The position numbers and the translations under genes are program-made. Below, piece by piece: positions 1 through 9,758 of a stretch of DNA of 64,000 nt. Each line of letters opens with the position of its first letter. The stretch's first letter is position 1. The stretch covers positions 576,001 through 640,000 of the forward strand of contig CAXXDV010000003.1 of the NCBI GenBank assembly GCA_963674745.2, given 5' to 3'. The DNA is from Desulfosudaceae bacterium (GTDB taxonomy: Bacteria > Desulfobacterota > Desulfobacteria > Desulfobacterales > Desulfosudaceae). Below the pieces are notes generated by a model. That model was given only the letters and a program-made list of their open reading frames with translations. It had not been told where the DNA came from and ran no database searches.

Positions 1-1
1 A

Positions 2-394
2 AGCCTGGATGATCCGTCTACCTGGACCGCTGAAGCATCTATTGCGCACATGCTGACCAGTAAGACCGTGGTTACGGTCAGCGGGACACGGGGATTTTTT
101 GAAACCAACATACAGACATCGGATTATTTCACCACCAACCGGGTTGGCCTGACGATCAACCAGAAACTTACACCTAAACTGGGGGCAAACCTCGAGTTGA
201 ATTATCAGAATGATGATTATGACGGGATCGACATTGAAAACGATACCTTCAGTGTCAGTCCGGGCCTCTCCTATTCACCGACCCGGTGGATGACCTGCCA
301 GCTGGCGTATTCTTACTCGGATCGGGATTCCGATGATGATAACTGGGATTACACCACCAACGCGTATACGTTTTCCATTACCGCATCCTTTTGA
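2..394 (+). CDS. Outer-membrane beta-barrel protein of an EPS locus (partial, 5' end outside window)
   Basis: Frame is open from the window edge. Alternating beta-strand pattern, C-terminal aromatic motif YTFSITASF, upstream of wza/wzc. Confidence 0.75.
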   Translation, partial: SLDDPSTWTAEASIAHMLTSKTVVTVSGTRGFFETNIQTSDYFTTNRVGLTINQKLTPKLGANLELNYQNDDYDGIDIENDTFSVSPGLSYSPTRWMTCQLAYSYSDRDSDDDNWDYTTNAYTFSITASF

Positions 395-451
395 TGGGTT
401 CCTTCCGGGGATGATCCGGAACCAAACCTGAAAGTAGCATTAGGTCTTGAA

Positions 452-596
452 GGTTTTAGAGTTTTAGGGTGTTAGAGTTTTAAGGCTCTAGGCTTTCGTA
501 ATGCCTGGTCTCGTAGGGGCGACCGGCGGGTCGCCCTTTTGTCGTGATTAGGTGGTTAAGTGGTTAAGTGATTATGTGTTTAAGTGTTTAAGTGAT
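452..596 (+). repeat. GTAG REP hairpin (513-536) embedded in 8-nt tandem repeats
   Basis: GTAGGGGCGACCGGCGGGTCGCCC flanked by TTTTAGAG/TTTTAGGG-like and GTGGTTAA/GTGTTTAA units. Confidence 0.85.
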
Positions 597-754
597 CAGA
601 ATAAAGACTTACAGTTTAATTAGAAGAAGCATTCCGCCCGGACAGTCGTCGAACTTCAGATATTATAGACCTTTAAAGCATCCCTTCACATTGAACTTGA
701 GATTTTGAACGGACGCAGTGAGTTAAACTTATATAAACCCCAAGGGAAAAGTCA

Positions 755-1066
755 ATGCACCGGATTTTAAAAGACAATATTGATAAAATTCATGTCTTAT
801 GCATGCAGCATGGGGTTAGATCTCTATTTGCATTTGGCTCTGTCTGCACGGAGCAATTTGACGAGGCCAGTGATATTGACTTATTGGTTTCTTTTGAGCC
901 GATGGATTACGGTGCGTATGCGGATAACTATTTTTCTGTTGCTGAAAAACTCGAAGCGCTTTTCCGCCGTCCCGTTGATTTGATAACTGATAAATCGTTG
1001 TCAAATCCTTATTTTATTGATTCGGTTAACCTTACCAAGATGTTGCTCTATGGAAAACAAAATTAA
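755..1066 (+). CDS. Minimal nucleotidyltransferase antitoxin (MntA-like)
   Basis: FGS...SDIDLLV...VDL motif, 103 aa, overlaps the downstream HEPN gene. Confidence 0.9.
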   Translation: MHRILKDNIDKIHVLCMQHGVRSLFAFGSVCTEQFDEASDIDLLVSFEPMDYGAYADNYFSVAEKLEALFRRPVDLITDKSLSNPYFIDSVNLTKMLLYGKQN

Positions 1067-1382
1067 GAAATTTCTTTATGATATCAGCGTTTCCATCGCT
1101 TCTATCGAAACCTACCTGGAAGGTGTTGCAACTTTTGATGATTATCAAAGCAATAAAATGCTTCGGAGAGCGGTTGAACGAGAGTTCGAAATTATTGGAG
1201 AGGCCATGAGCCGGCTCGATAAGCTTGCTCCTGAGATAAACATCTCATCCAAAACGCAGATCATCAGTATGCGCAATCGGGTTATTCACGGTTATGATAA
1301 AATAGATGACGGAATTATCTGGGGGACGATTATTAAGTACCTGCCTGTCTTAAAGACGGAAGTCGCGAATTTAATCGACTAA
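1050..1382 (+). CDS. HEPN/DUF86 ribonuclease toxin (HepT-like)
   Basis: AVEREFEIIGEA and RNRVIHGY (R-X4-H-X-Y) motifs. ATG at 1050. Confidence 0.9.
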   Translation: MENKIKKFLYDISVSIASIETYLEGVATFDDYQSNKMLRRAVEREFEIIGEAMSRLDKLAPEINISSKTQIISMRNRVIHGYDKIDDGIIWGTIIKYLPVLKTEVANLID

Positions 1383-1441
1383 TGAAATCGGTGGAAGGAT
1401 GGATCAGCGATGGTCGGTTATTGAATCTGATCCGGGCTTAT

Positions 1442-1470
1442 CTGGATTCTGGCGTTCGCCAGAATGACGA
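1442..1470 (-). repeat. Second REP-like hairpin family (GTCATTC...GAATCCAG type); related copy at 4901-4922
   Basis: Reverse complement TCGTCATTCTGGCGAACGCCAGAATCCAG forms a hairpin. The 4901-4922 copy reads TCGTCATTCCGGCGAAAGCCGG. Confidence 0.65.
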
Positions 1471-1634
1471 GGTGTTTGTTCCTTTTCGCTTGACCGAAAA
1501 CGATTTGGCCGGTATCATAATCGTTTTATATAACAGTCTATAATTAATTATCCGTTAGAAAACCAGCTTTTGGTTTTATGCGGGTTTGTCATGATACAGG
1601 GATCTGCTGGTCAATGCTGATATATCGTTCATCA

Positions 1635-2444
1635 ATGCAAAAAATGCTGCATCTGCTGGGAATCGTGTTGGTGTTGCTGATGTTTGTGCCCGTTGGTTGG
1701 TGCAAGGACTACACGGTCGGTGCGGGAGATACCCTGCACATAAACGTGTTCGGCCATCCGGACCTGAATCAGACGGTTGAAGTAAACGAAGACGGCTTCA
1801 TCGTTTATCCCTTCATCGGACAATTAAAGATCCAGGGCATGAGCGTCACCCAGGTATCCCGCATCATCACGGGACGACTGGCCGCCGGATATATTGTCAA
1901 TCCACAGGTAACCGTTGTCATGGATGAATACCGCAGCCGCAAAGCCAGTATACTAGGGAAGGTAAAAGCGCCGGCGCTGTATGAATTAAAAGGGCGTACC
2001 ACGCTTCTGGAGTTTATCTCCACTGCTGGTGGGTTGGCGGCAGATGCCGGCCAATATGCCTATGTTACACGAAAAGAACAGAAAAGCAGAGATTCCATTG
2101 ACGGCAGGCAGGAAATTATCCGAATAGACTTGAAAAAACTGATGGAAGAGGGCGATACCCACCAGAACATACTGATACGGGATGGCGACAGTGTTTTTGT
2201 TTCCAATATGCAGAAAATATACGTTACCGGGCAAGTCGCTTCTACGGGCGCTTATCCTTATGAGGAGGGGTTGACCGTAATAAAAGCGTTGACCAATGCG
2301 GGCGGCTTGTCGGACATTGCTTCACCTACCAGAATTCGAATTATTCGAAAAGGAAACGGCGAAGAAAGAGTGCTTCGTAAGGTTAAGATGGACGATCCGG
2401 TTAAACCTGAAGATGTGATTGTGGTGCCGGAAAGTTTCTTTTAA
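1635..2444 (+). CDS. wza: Polysaccharide export protein (Wza/OPX family, SLBB domains)
   Basis: Signal peptide, YTVGAGDTLHINVFG, V..DG.I.YPFIG, C-terminal DVIVVPESFF. Start codon uncertain (1635 or 1644). Confidence 0.85.
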   Translation: MQKMLHLLGIVLVLLMFVPVGWCKDYTVGAGDTLHINVFGHPDLNQTVEVNEDGFIVYPFIGQLKIQGMSVTQVSRIITGRLAAGYIVNPQVTVVMDEYRSRKASILGKVKAPALYELKGRTTLLEFISTAGGLAADAGQYAYVTRKEQKSRDSIDGRQEIIRIDLKKLMEEGDTHQNILIRDGDSVFVSNMQKIYVTGQVASTGAYPYEEGLTVIKALTNAGGLSDIASPTRIRIIRKGNGEERVLRKVKMDDPVKPEDVIVVPESFF

Positions 2445-2473
2445 CGGTTCGAAGTCCTGGGGGAGAAATCTAT

Positions 2474-4636
2474 ATGCCCATCGATATGCAGAATGAATCG
2501 GATTTCCACCCGCGTGAATATCTGAATATCGTATTAAAAAGAAAGCGAATCGTTTTTGGTGTTTTTATTATTTTCGTTATTGGCGGGTTACTGGTATCGC
2601 TTCGTGCCACCCCACTTTATACGGCCACGACTCGACTTAAGGTGGAGAAAAAAAGTAACGATCCGCTTGATATATACGGCTATGCCCGACAGGATTCCGC
2701 ATTTTTCAACTCCCAGATCCAGATTATTTCCAGTCCCGGCGTGATGACCAGGGTGGTCACCATGCTTGATCTTAACGATACTTACAGTCGGTATTTCCCG
2801 GGCCGGGGCAAGCGGTCTTTACTTGGCTTACTAAAAGGGCTTTTTAAAACCTCGGCTGATAAATCAACCGAAACGCAAACCTTACTCCAGGGGCCGGATG
2901 ATCCTGAGCAAATTGAAAAACTGGCCAAAAGACTGTTAGTTGGCCTGAGTATCGGCCATGCTCGAGACAGCCATATCCTGAGGATATCCTACTCCTCGAG
3001 AAATCCCGCTTTTTCCGCTGAAATTTGCAATACGCTTCCACGGGCCTATATCGAACAGTTGCTTGAAATGAAGATGGACAACACCCAGTATACGATTGAC
3101 TGGATGGAAAAAAAGGTGGCTGTCGAACGGGAAAAACTTAAAGAGGCCGAGCATACCCTCCAGGATTACCTGGTAGCTCAAGACATTGTCACTATTGAAA
3201 ACCGTATCGCCATTATTCCGGAGCGGCTTTCCCAGATCAGTTCCCAGCTTACCAGTGCCGAGGCCCGACAGCGGGAATTGGAAATGATCGTGGCCCAGAT
3301 TGATAGCACCCCGATGAATGCCCTTGATACCATCCCGGCCATTGCCGGCCAGGGATCATTGTCGGAAATCAGTGATCAGATTCGGGCAACAGAACAGCAG
3401 ATAATCTCATTAAGCCAGAAATACGGTGCCCTGCATCCGGTTCGTATCCAGGCCCGGAAAACGTTGGAAGAGTTGCAGCAGAAAAAACAAGCGGAAATCA
3501 GCAATATTGTCCAGCGACTGAGGAATGATCTGCAGCTTGCCGCTACCAATTGCGAAAATCTTACGCAACAGCTGGCCAACATCAAAGCGGAGGCGGCCCG
3601 GCTGAATGAAAAGTTTATTCAGTATGACATGTTAAAACGGGAGATAGACACCAAGAAGCAGCTTTACGAAGCCCTGGTGTCCCGGATCAAGGAACAGACC
3701 ATGACCAAGCAGATCCGGGACGTGGATGTTTATGTGGTAGAGCCTGCCAGAATACCGGAAACACCGTCCAACCAGAATCTGCCCCGGAATTTGTTGATTG
3801 CGGTGGTGTTAGGTTGTTTGGGCGGTGTCGGCAGCTCACTATTACTGGAATACATGGACAACACCATCTCCCTGTGTGAAGACGCGGAAGAGAAAACCGG
3901 CGTCAAGGCCCTTGTCGCGATTCCTTTTATCAAGGACGAGGAAATACAGCCGGCTACCATTGTCAGTCATCATCCCGCGTCCGCAGAAGCCGAAAGTTAC
4001 AAGGTGGTCAGGACGGCCCTTTCCCTGTCAACCTCGACCGGGTATCCTGATTCTTTGATGGTGACCAGCCTTTACCCGGGCGATGGCAAAACCATGACCA
4101 GCACCAACCTGGCGGTGGCCATTGCCCAGGCCAAGCGGACCGTTCTGCTGATTGACAGCGACATGCGGCGGCCGACCCTGCACAAAGCCCTGGGCAAAAA
4201 GAACGGCAATGGTTTTGCCGAAATACTGGCCGGGCAAAGCGAAATTGCCAAGACCATCCAGAAGACCGATATCCCCAACCTGTGGTTTATCCCGGCCGGC
4301 ACGATTCCGCCCAATCCTTCTGACCTGCTGGCGGCTGAGGGGACCGTACGGATTATAGAAGCCCTTGAAGAAAAATTTGATGTCGTCATGTTTGACACCC
4401 CGCCCATGACCAGCGTATCGGACAGCAGTGTGCTGGCCCAATATGTGAAAAAGATACTATTTGTGACCCGTTCCGGGATAACCCGCTATGAGGATCTGAT
4501 TCGGGTCATGTATCAGCTCGAAGACAATGCCGCCAAAGTGGTAGGGCAGGTGGTCAACGCGGTGGACATGGAGCGTATGGGACATTATACGCCATATTAT
4601 AAGTATTCGAATTATTACTACGCAAATGAGGAATAA
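2474..4636 (+). CDS. wzc: Polysaccharide co-polymerase / BY tyrosine kinase
   Basis: Two TM segments around a coiled coil, Walker A PGDGKT, LLIDSDMR, FDTPP, C-terminal Tyr cluster YTPYYKYSNYYY. Confidence 0.92.
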   Translation: MPIDMQNESDFHPREYLNIVLKRKRIVFGVFIIFVIGGLLVSLRATPLYTATTRLKVEKKSNDPLDIYGYARQDSAFFNSQIQIISSPGVMTRVVTMLDLNDTYSRYFPGRGKRSLLGLLKGLFKTSADKSTETQTLLQGPDDPEQIEKLAKRLLVGLSIGHARDSHILRISYSSRNPAFSAEICNTLPRAYIEQLLEMKMDNTQYTIDWMEKKVAVEREKLKEAEHTLQDYLVAQDIVTIENRIAIIPERLSQISSQLTSAEARQRELEMIVAQIDSTPMNALDTIPAIAGQGSLSEISDQIRATEQQIISLSQKYGALHPVRIQARKTLEELQQKKQAEISNIVQRLRNDLQLAATNCENLTQQLANIKAEAARLNEKFIQYDMLKREIDTKKQLYEALVSRIKEQTMTKQIRDVDVYVVEPARIPETPSNQNLPRNLLIAVVLGCLGGVGSSLLLEYMDNTISLCEDAEEKTGVKALVAIPFIKDEEIQPATIVSHHPASAEAESYKVVRTALSLSTSTGYPDSLMVTSLYPGDGKTMTSTNLAVAIAQAKRTVLLIDSDMRRPTLHKALGKKNGNGFAEILAGQSEIAKTIQKTDIPNLWFIPAGTIPPNPSDLLAAEGTVRIIEALEEKFDVVMFDTPPMTSVSDSSVLAQYVKKILFVTRSGITRYEDLIRVMYQLEDNAAKVVGQVVNAVDMERMGHYTPYYKYSNYYYANEE

Positions 4637-4639
4637 TAT

Positions 4640-4842
4640 AGGTTCAGGGTTCGGCCCTAGGGGCACGGCGTGCCGTGCCATTTTGATATGATTTTGTGGT
4701 TATGTGGTTAGGTGATTAGGTGGACGGGGTGTGAGGCCGGGTGTGGCCCGCTTCGCGGGGGTTTTTGGTATGACCGCGGATGTTGTAGGGGCGGCCCCCT
4801 GTGGCCGCCCGGTGATGGGCACCCACAGGGGGGTGCCCCTAC
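4640..4842 (+). repeat. REP cluster with short tandem repeats
   Basis: REP hairpins at 4657-4679, 4785-4810 and 4817-4842 (the last two an inverted pair), plus GGTTCAG and GTGGTTAT units. Confidence 0.85.
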
Positions 4843-4932
4843 ATGTGTTTAGATTTCTGTTCTTATGTCTTCTTAAGATTGTGCTGGTGTGTTTTTGTGC
4901 CCGGCTTTCGCCGGAATGACGAAAAAGGATTG

Positions 4933-7293
4933 ATGATTAAAGCCAGTCGTGCAACGTTTATTGTGTTGCTTTTGTTTGCCCCGGTGGCATTCGGCAGTGT
5001 CGAGCCCTGGGCGTTTTTTTTTCTGGCCCTGCTGACGGGCCTCTCCTTGCTTTTTTATCTCGTCCATTGCCAGCCTTCTGATCGATACTTTTATCGAATT
5101 CCCGGTTTTATTCCCCTGGTATTGATTTTTTCACTCCTGGTTTTCCAGTTGATCCCTTTGCCGGAGTTCCTCTCCGCCGTCCTTTCGCCGCGTTCGTTAT
5201 CATTCAGACAGCAGACTGTCGGCCTGTTTGCCGACACGGCATTCTGGCCCCTTTCCCTGGATGTCCGGGGCGGTATTTATGAGCTGTCCCGTTTTCTGGT
5301 CTGTTTTGGGTGCTATGTGCTGGCCGTTCAATTGCTGGCCGACGGCAAAGCTTTTAAGCGGATTGTTTTGATACTGGCCCTGTTCGGCGGGGCGCTGGCG
5401 CTTTATTCTATCCTGCAGTCGATTTTTACGGTGGATCGTGTCCTCTGGTTCAGAGGTGTGCCGGAAAACGCAAATCCTTTCGGCCCTTATGTCAACCGCA
5501 ATCATTATGCCGGTCTGATGGAAATGCTTTTCCCCGTCACCCTGGCACTGACTTTTCTCTACCGCCCGGCACCCCAGTTCGGCACCCGGCGGGAGAAAAT
5601 TATCGGGTTTTTTGAAGACGATGATTTTCTCGTTTTTATTCTGCTCTGTTTGGGCTCAGTGTTGATGGCCCTGTCCGTGTTCATGTCCCTTTCCCGGGGG
5701 GGCATATTCGGTCTGTGCGTTTCTCTCGTGTTTTTCATGTCCATCTTTGCCTGGACCACCAGCCCTTCCCGACGGTCAGGCAAAACCCGGCTGGCGGTGG
5801 TTATTCTCTTCGCCATTGTCCTGGCAGTGTCCTGGTTCGGCTGGGATCGGCTGGATCAGCGCTTCGGAGAATTGGAGGGGGAGATAATTGCAGCCTCCCC
5901 GGCATCGCGTATTTCTATAGTAAAAGACGGCCTGAACATGTTCAGGGACTTCCCGGTGTTCGGTGCGGGTTTTGGCAGTTTCCGAAATGTGTTTCCAAGA
6001 TACCATAGCGCTGCCTCCTTTCACCTGGTTGATCATGCCCACAATGATTATCTGGAACTGCTGCTGGAAGGCGGTGTCTCAGGAATGCTGCTTTTTGCTT
6101 TATTCTTTTTATTCTTGTTTAAACAGACATTGGTCACCCTAAAAAAGCGGGTGGAGCCATATGCTGTTTTTGTGTGCCTGGGCGCCGTGTCAGGCCTGGC
6201 AGCGATTTTCTGCCACAGCCTGGTGGATTTTAATCTACATATCAATGCCAACACGCTTTATTTTTCTTTTTTGTGCGCACTGGTGGTGTCGGCCTCGCAC
6301 ACCCGTTTCAGGTCGCATATTACACCCGGCACTTACCTTTCTGTTTGCCGGCAGAAAACAAAACCGGTGGTGCTGGTGATCTTTTTTGTTTTATGGATTC
6401 CGCTGCTGGTTTTTTCCGCCGGTCAATGGGCGGCCGATTATTATAGCGATCCTTTTATGGATTTGAATATTTCCGGCCAGACAGACCTGGATGTGCGGCA
6501 GAATTTCGCTTCAGCAGCACAGCAGGCATCGCGCCTGGATCCGTTTAAGGCGGTTTACCGGGTCATGGCAGGTGATGCCGCTTATGCGTCCAAAGACTAT
6601 GCCGACGCATTACAGGCCTATCAGCAGGCCATCAGGCTGGTGCCGACCCGTGCCGAATTTCTTCAGCGGGCCGGGTGGGCGGCTTATTTTGCAAACAATG
6701 ATATCGACCTGGCCGATGCTTTGATGGCTGCCGGAGTGGATTTTTATCCGGAAAAGCCTGAACTTTACGGACGGTACGCGGCCTTTCTGCTGACGGTCGG
6801 GCAACATGCCGCGGCCCGGGAGGTGATACGAAAAGGGCTGGATCTGGATCCGCAAAAGGCGAAAATGTTTTTTGACATCATGCGTGCTGGTGGTTTGTCG
6901 TACACGGAAATCTATGCCGCCTTGACGGATCATTCCTATGTCTGGTACACGTTTGCGACATATATCCGGAATACGGATTATGATTACATGACCAGGGAAG
7001 TGCTTGTTGGCGCCGTTAACGCAGCCAAACTGGAGGAATCACCTTCTCCTGGTGTTTATTTAACCCTGGCCCGTTTATTTGCCCGGGAAAAGAATCATGA
7101 TGAGGCGATTGCGGTTTTGAAAAAAGGGGTGGACAAACTGCCTGAGAACGTCGGTCTGCTTTATGAACTGGCCCGGCAGTACGAGATGCTTCAGATAACC
7201 TACAAGGCGGTGGAGTTGTATAAAAAGATCGTGCTGCTGAATCCCGGATACGGCAGGGCTGAGCAACGGCTGCGCGAACTGACAAGCCTGTGA
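4933..7293 (+). CDS. O-antigen ligase/Wzy_C-family membrane protein with C-terminal TPR repeats
   Basis: Many TM helices, GPYVNRNHYAG, SLSRGG, GAGFGSF, HAHNDYLE and HSLVDFNLH motifs, TPR-like C-terminus. Confidence 0.88.
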   Translation: MIKASRATFIVLLLFAPVAFGSVEPWAFFFLALLTGLSLLFYLVHCQPSDRYFYRIPGFIPLVLIFSLLVFQLIPLPEFLSAVLSPRSLSFRQQTVGLFADTAFWPLSLDVRGGIYELSRFLVCFGCYVLAVQLLADGKAFKRIVLILALFGGALALYSILQSIFTVDRVLWFRGVPENANPFGPYVNRNHYAGLMEMLFPVTLALTFLYRPAPQFGTRREKIIGFFEDDDFLVFILLCLGSVLMALSVFMSLSRGGIFGLCVSLVFFMSIFAWTTSPSRRSGKTRLAVVILFAIVLAVSWFGWDRLDQRFGELEGEIIAASPASRISIVKDGLNMFRDFPVFGAGFGSFRNVFPRYHSAASFHLVDHAHNDYLELLLEGGVSGMLLFALFFLFLFKQTLVTLKKRVEPYAVFVCLGAVSGLAAIFCHSLVDFNLHINANTLYFSFLCALVVSASHTRFRSHITPGTYLSVCRQKTKPVVLVIFFVLWIPLLVFSAGQWAADYYSDPFMDLNISGQTDLDVRQNFASAAQQASRLDPFKAVYRVMAGDAAYASKDYADALQAYQQAIRLVPTRAEFLQRAGWAAYFANNDIDLADALMAAGVDFYPEKPELYGRYAAFLLTVGQHAAAREVIRKGLDLDPQKAKMFFDIMRAGGLSYTEIYAALTDHSYVWYTFATYIRNTDYDYMTREVLVGAVNAAKLEESPSPGVYLTLARLFAREKNHDEAIAVLKKGVDKLPENVGLLYELARQYEMLQITYKAVELYKKIVLLNPGYGRAEQRLRELTSL

Positions 7294-7309
7294 GGAAAAC
7301 GGATTTTCG

Positions 7310-8008
7310 ATGATTGATATTCATACCCATATTCTTCCCGGTGTTGATGACGGGGCTGCAAACATGGACGAGGCCATTGAAATGGCGAAGATTGCCGAAC
7401 AGGACGGTATCCGTCACATCATTGCCACGCCCCATCTGAGTGATCCGGAACTGCGGCAGAAGGAAATAGAAAGCCGGACAGCCGAGGTAAATGAGGCTTT
7501 ACAGGAAGCGGGTGTGAACGTGACAATATATCCGGGGGCCGAGATCCCGATCTTTATGCTGGATGATGAAGATTGCCGGATCGGCCTGGCCGGGTCGCGT
7601 TACCTGCTGGTGGAGTTCCCGTTTACCGGCATGCTGCCGGTGTCATCGGAAATTTTCGGCCATCTGACCGGGCGGGGTTATAAAATTATTATTGCCCATC
7701 CGGAGCGGAATTATGCGGTCATGCAGAACCCGCAATTTCTGCTGGACCTGCTCTCACCGGATGTTACGCTGCAGATCACGGCCGGCAGCCTGACCGGTGA
7801 AATGGGAAAGGAAGCCATGTCCCTGGCCCGTTACCTGTTGAAAAAAAAGGTGGTGGCACACATGGCCTCTGATGCCCATAATGTCACGGACAGGCGCCCG
7901 GAACTGTCGGCCGGGGTGAAGGCTGCCGGGAAATATCTTAAGGGGAGGGCGGGGGCAGGGGCATCGGCGCTTGTAAATGAAAATCCAGGGAGGATAATCG
8001 GGGGGTGA
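7310..8008 (+). CDS. PHP-family tyrosine phosphatase (CpsB/CapC/YwqE type)
   Basis: MIDIHTHILPGVDDG, ATPH, AHPERN and ASDAH motifs. Confidence 0.92.
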   Translation: MIDIHTHILPGVDDGAANMDEAIEMAKIAEQDGIRHIIATPHLSDPELRQKEIESRTAEVNEALQEAGVNVTIYPGAEIPIFMLDDEDCRIGLAGSRYLLVEFPFTGMLPVSSEIFGHLTGRGYKIIIAHPERNYAVMQNPQFLLDLLSPDVTLQITAGSLTGEMGKEAMSLARYLLKKKVVAHMASDAHNVTDRRPELSAGVKAAGKYLKGRAGAGASALVNENPGRIIGG

Positions 8009-8025
8009 GGACGGCCTGCTTTACA

Positions 8026-8593
8026 GGGGTTTTAGGGTTTTATAGTTTTAAGGTTTTATGTGATTATGTGATTATGTGATTATGGGATTATGGGATTATG
8101 GGATTATGGGGCGTTGGCGAATGCCGTAGGGGCACGGCGTGCCGTGCCCTTTTGTCATGGTTATGACGTGCTTTAGTTTTTTGTGTGGCCCGCTTTGCGG
8201 GAGGGTGATGTGGGTTCAAGTTGCCGTGGCCCGGCGTTCCAGGTGCCAGACGACGTAGCGGAAGGCTTTAGCCTTCCATTTTTTTTGGAGGGCTAAAGCC
8301 CTCCGCTACAAATATCTCATCAGGCGTCATATTTTTTTATAAAATTGTGCAGGCGTTTCAGGCGCGGAGGGCGACCAGCCGGTCGCCCCTACACAGAGCA
8401 ATGCACGGCCGTAGGGGCGACCGGCTGGTCGCCCGCTGAAGGGCAACCACAGGGGGTTGCCCCTACATGGATGTATTCACAATCGGGCACGGCACGCCGT
8501 GCCCCTACGTGGACGTCATTTGCGATTGGATGCAACATGCCGTTCATATACATGCTTATGCCACGGCCGTAGGGGCGACCGGCTGGTCGCCCG
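8026..8593 (+). repeat. Large REP cluster with 8-nt microsatellites
   Basis: (TGATTATG)3(GGATTATG)4 tract. REPs at 8126, 8255-8309 (GTAGCGGAAGGCTTTAGCCTTCC inverted doublet), 8369, 8411, 8441, 8485 and 8569. Confidence 0.9.
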
Positions 8594-8598
8594 AACAA

Positions 8599-8853
8599 TC
8601 AGAGTGTTCGGTAGATGTCTCTTCTATGTCCCACACGCAGAATAACAATGTCGGATCCTTCAAGATCAAAGATGACCCTGTAATCACCGATTCTAAAACG
8701 GTATGTTCCAAGTCGGGGATCTGTTAGTGGTTCGGAATAATTAAGCGGAGCCTGTTGGTAGCGAAGTAGTGTTTTCCCAATACGTTTTTTTATGTCCGGG
8801 GCGAGTTTTTTGATGTCTTTTACGGCACGGTTTGTGTAAACGAGGTTGTACAT
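8599..8853 (-). CDS. relE: RelE/ParE-family toxin
   Basis: 84 aa, Y.L.YTNRAVKDIKKL, YRFRIGDYRVIF, ILRVGHRRDIY. Confidence 0.92.
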   Translation of the reverse strand: MYNLVYTNRAVKDIKKLAPDIKKRIGKTLLRYQQAPLNYSEPLTDPRLGTYRFRIGDYRVIFDLEGSDIVILRVGHRRDIYRTL

Positions 8854-9056
8854 TATTCCCCGAAGACGTCATTATGCGATTGGACGTTTCCTTCTTTGTA
8901 ATCATTTCTCGCTTCTTTGATGCTTTTGAGATAATCGGGTGATGTTGACGCAAGAAGGTCTTCCAGAAAAGCATCTCTTTCTTTTTTCTTCATATTCATA
9001 ACAGCCTGAATTAATATTTCCGGCTTGATGTCAATTTTAATCGAGTTGGATTCCAT
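8853..9056 (-). CDS. Putative cognate antitoxin
   Basis: GGAGG RBS, 67 aa, SIKEARNDYKEG...SHNDVF C-terminus. Its stop overlaps the toxin ATG. Confidence 0.8.
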   Translation of the reverse strand: MESNSIKIDIKPEILIQAVMNMKKKERDAFLEDLLASTSPDYLKSIKEARNDYKEGNVQSHNDVFGE

Positions 9057-9151
9057 GGTGCCTCCTGCTTGATGTGTCTGAACCAAATTGATCTTTTAGT
9101 ATTATATTAAAAGAGTAAGATAAACCGTTTTGGAATGCAATTGAAAATTAC

Positions 9152-9301
9152 GGGTTTGGGGTTCGGGCTCAAGGTTCGGGGCTCGGCCGTAGGGGCACGG
9201 CACGCCGTGCCCCTACGTGGACGTCATTTGCGATTGGATGCAACATGCCGTTCATATACATGCTTATGCCACGGCCGTATGGGCGACCGGCTGGTCGCCC
9301 G
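9152..9301 (+). repeat. 7-nt repeats plus REP doublet; 9193-9301 is a direct repeat of 8485-8593
   Basis: The two 109-nt copies differ at one position (GTAGGGGCG vs GTATGGGCG). Confidence 0.9.
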
Positions 9302-9317
9302 TTTCAGGAATAAAATA

Positions 9318-9368
9318 AAAAAACCGGGCGGCAAAACCATTTGCTGGTTTATTGCCGCCCGGTTTTTT
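9318..9368. terminator. Intrinsic terminator downstream of the histone-like gene (potentially bidirectional)
   Basis: AAAAAACCGGGCGGCAA ... TTGCCGCCCGGTTTTTT inverted repeat. Confidence 0.8.
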
Positions 9369-9401
9369 GTTAAAAGGGGAGCAATCGTAAAATAAAGTCT
9401 T

Positions 9402-9758
9402 CTACTTTTTGGTGCGCTTCTTGGCCGCGGTCTTTTTCTTGGCTGCAGGTTTTTTCTTGGCTGCGGTTTTTTTCTTAGCTGCAGTCTTCTTGGTGACTTT
9501 TTTCTTAGCTGCTTTTTTCTTGGCTGCGGTCTTTTTGGGAGCGGCTTTTTTCTTAGCCGCAGTCTTTTTCTTAGCAGCCTTTTTGGTTGCGGTCTTCTTG
9601 GCGGCTGTTTTCTTTGCTGCAGTCTTTTTCTTAGCAGTTTTCTTGGTTGCGGTTTTCTTGGCAGCCGTCTTCTTCTTAGCTGCAGTCTTCTTCTTTGCTG
9701 CGGTTTTCTTCTTCGCGGTAGCCTTTTTGGCGGCTGCTTTTTTCTTAGCTGGTGCCAT
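9402..9758 (-). CDS. Histone H1-like Lys/Ala-rich nucleoid protein
   Basis: About half Lys, repeated KKKTAA units with varied synonymous codons, AAGGAGG RBS, downstream terminator. Confidence 0.85.
   Translation of the reverse strand: MAPAKKKAAAKKATAKKKTAAKKKTAAKKKTAAKKTATKKTAKKKTAAKKTAAKKTATKKAAKKKTAAKKKAAPKKTAAKKKAAKKKVTKKTAAKKKTAAKKKPAAKKKTAAKKRTKK

Noticed and set aside
8026..8110. TTTTAGGG-like tracts as true telomeres or eukaryotic contamination
   Set aside because: They are short, degenerate, internal and tied to bacterial REPs between ordinary bacterial genes.
8345..8727. Short ORFs with VGATGWSP / ARHAVPL peptides (also near 12324-12765, 23507-23825, 27139, 31327, 33079, 41522-41951)
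   Set aside because: They are translations of REP palindromes, without RBS or domain content.
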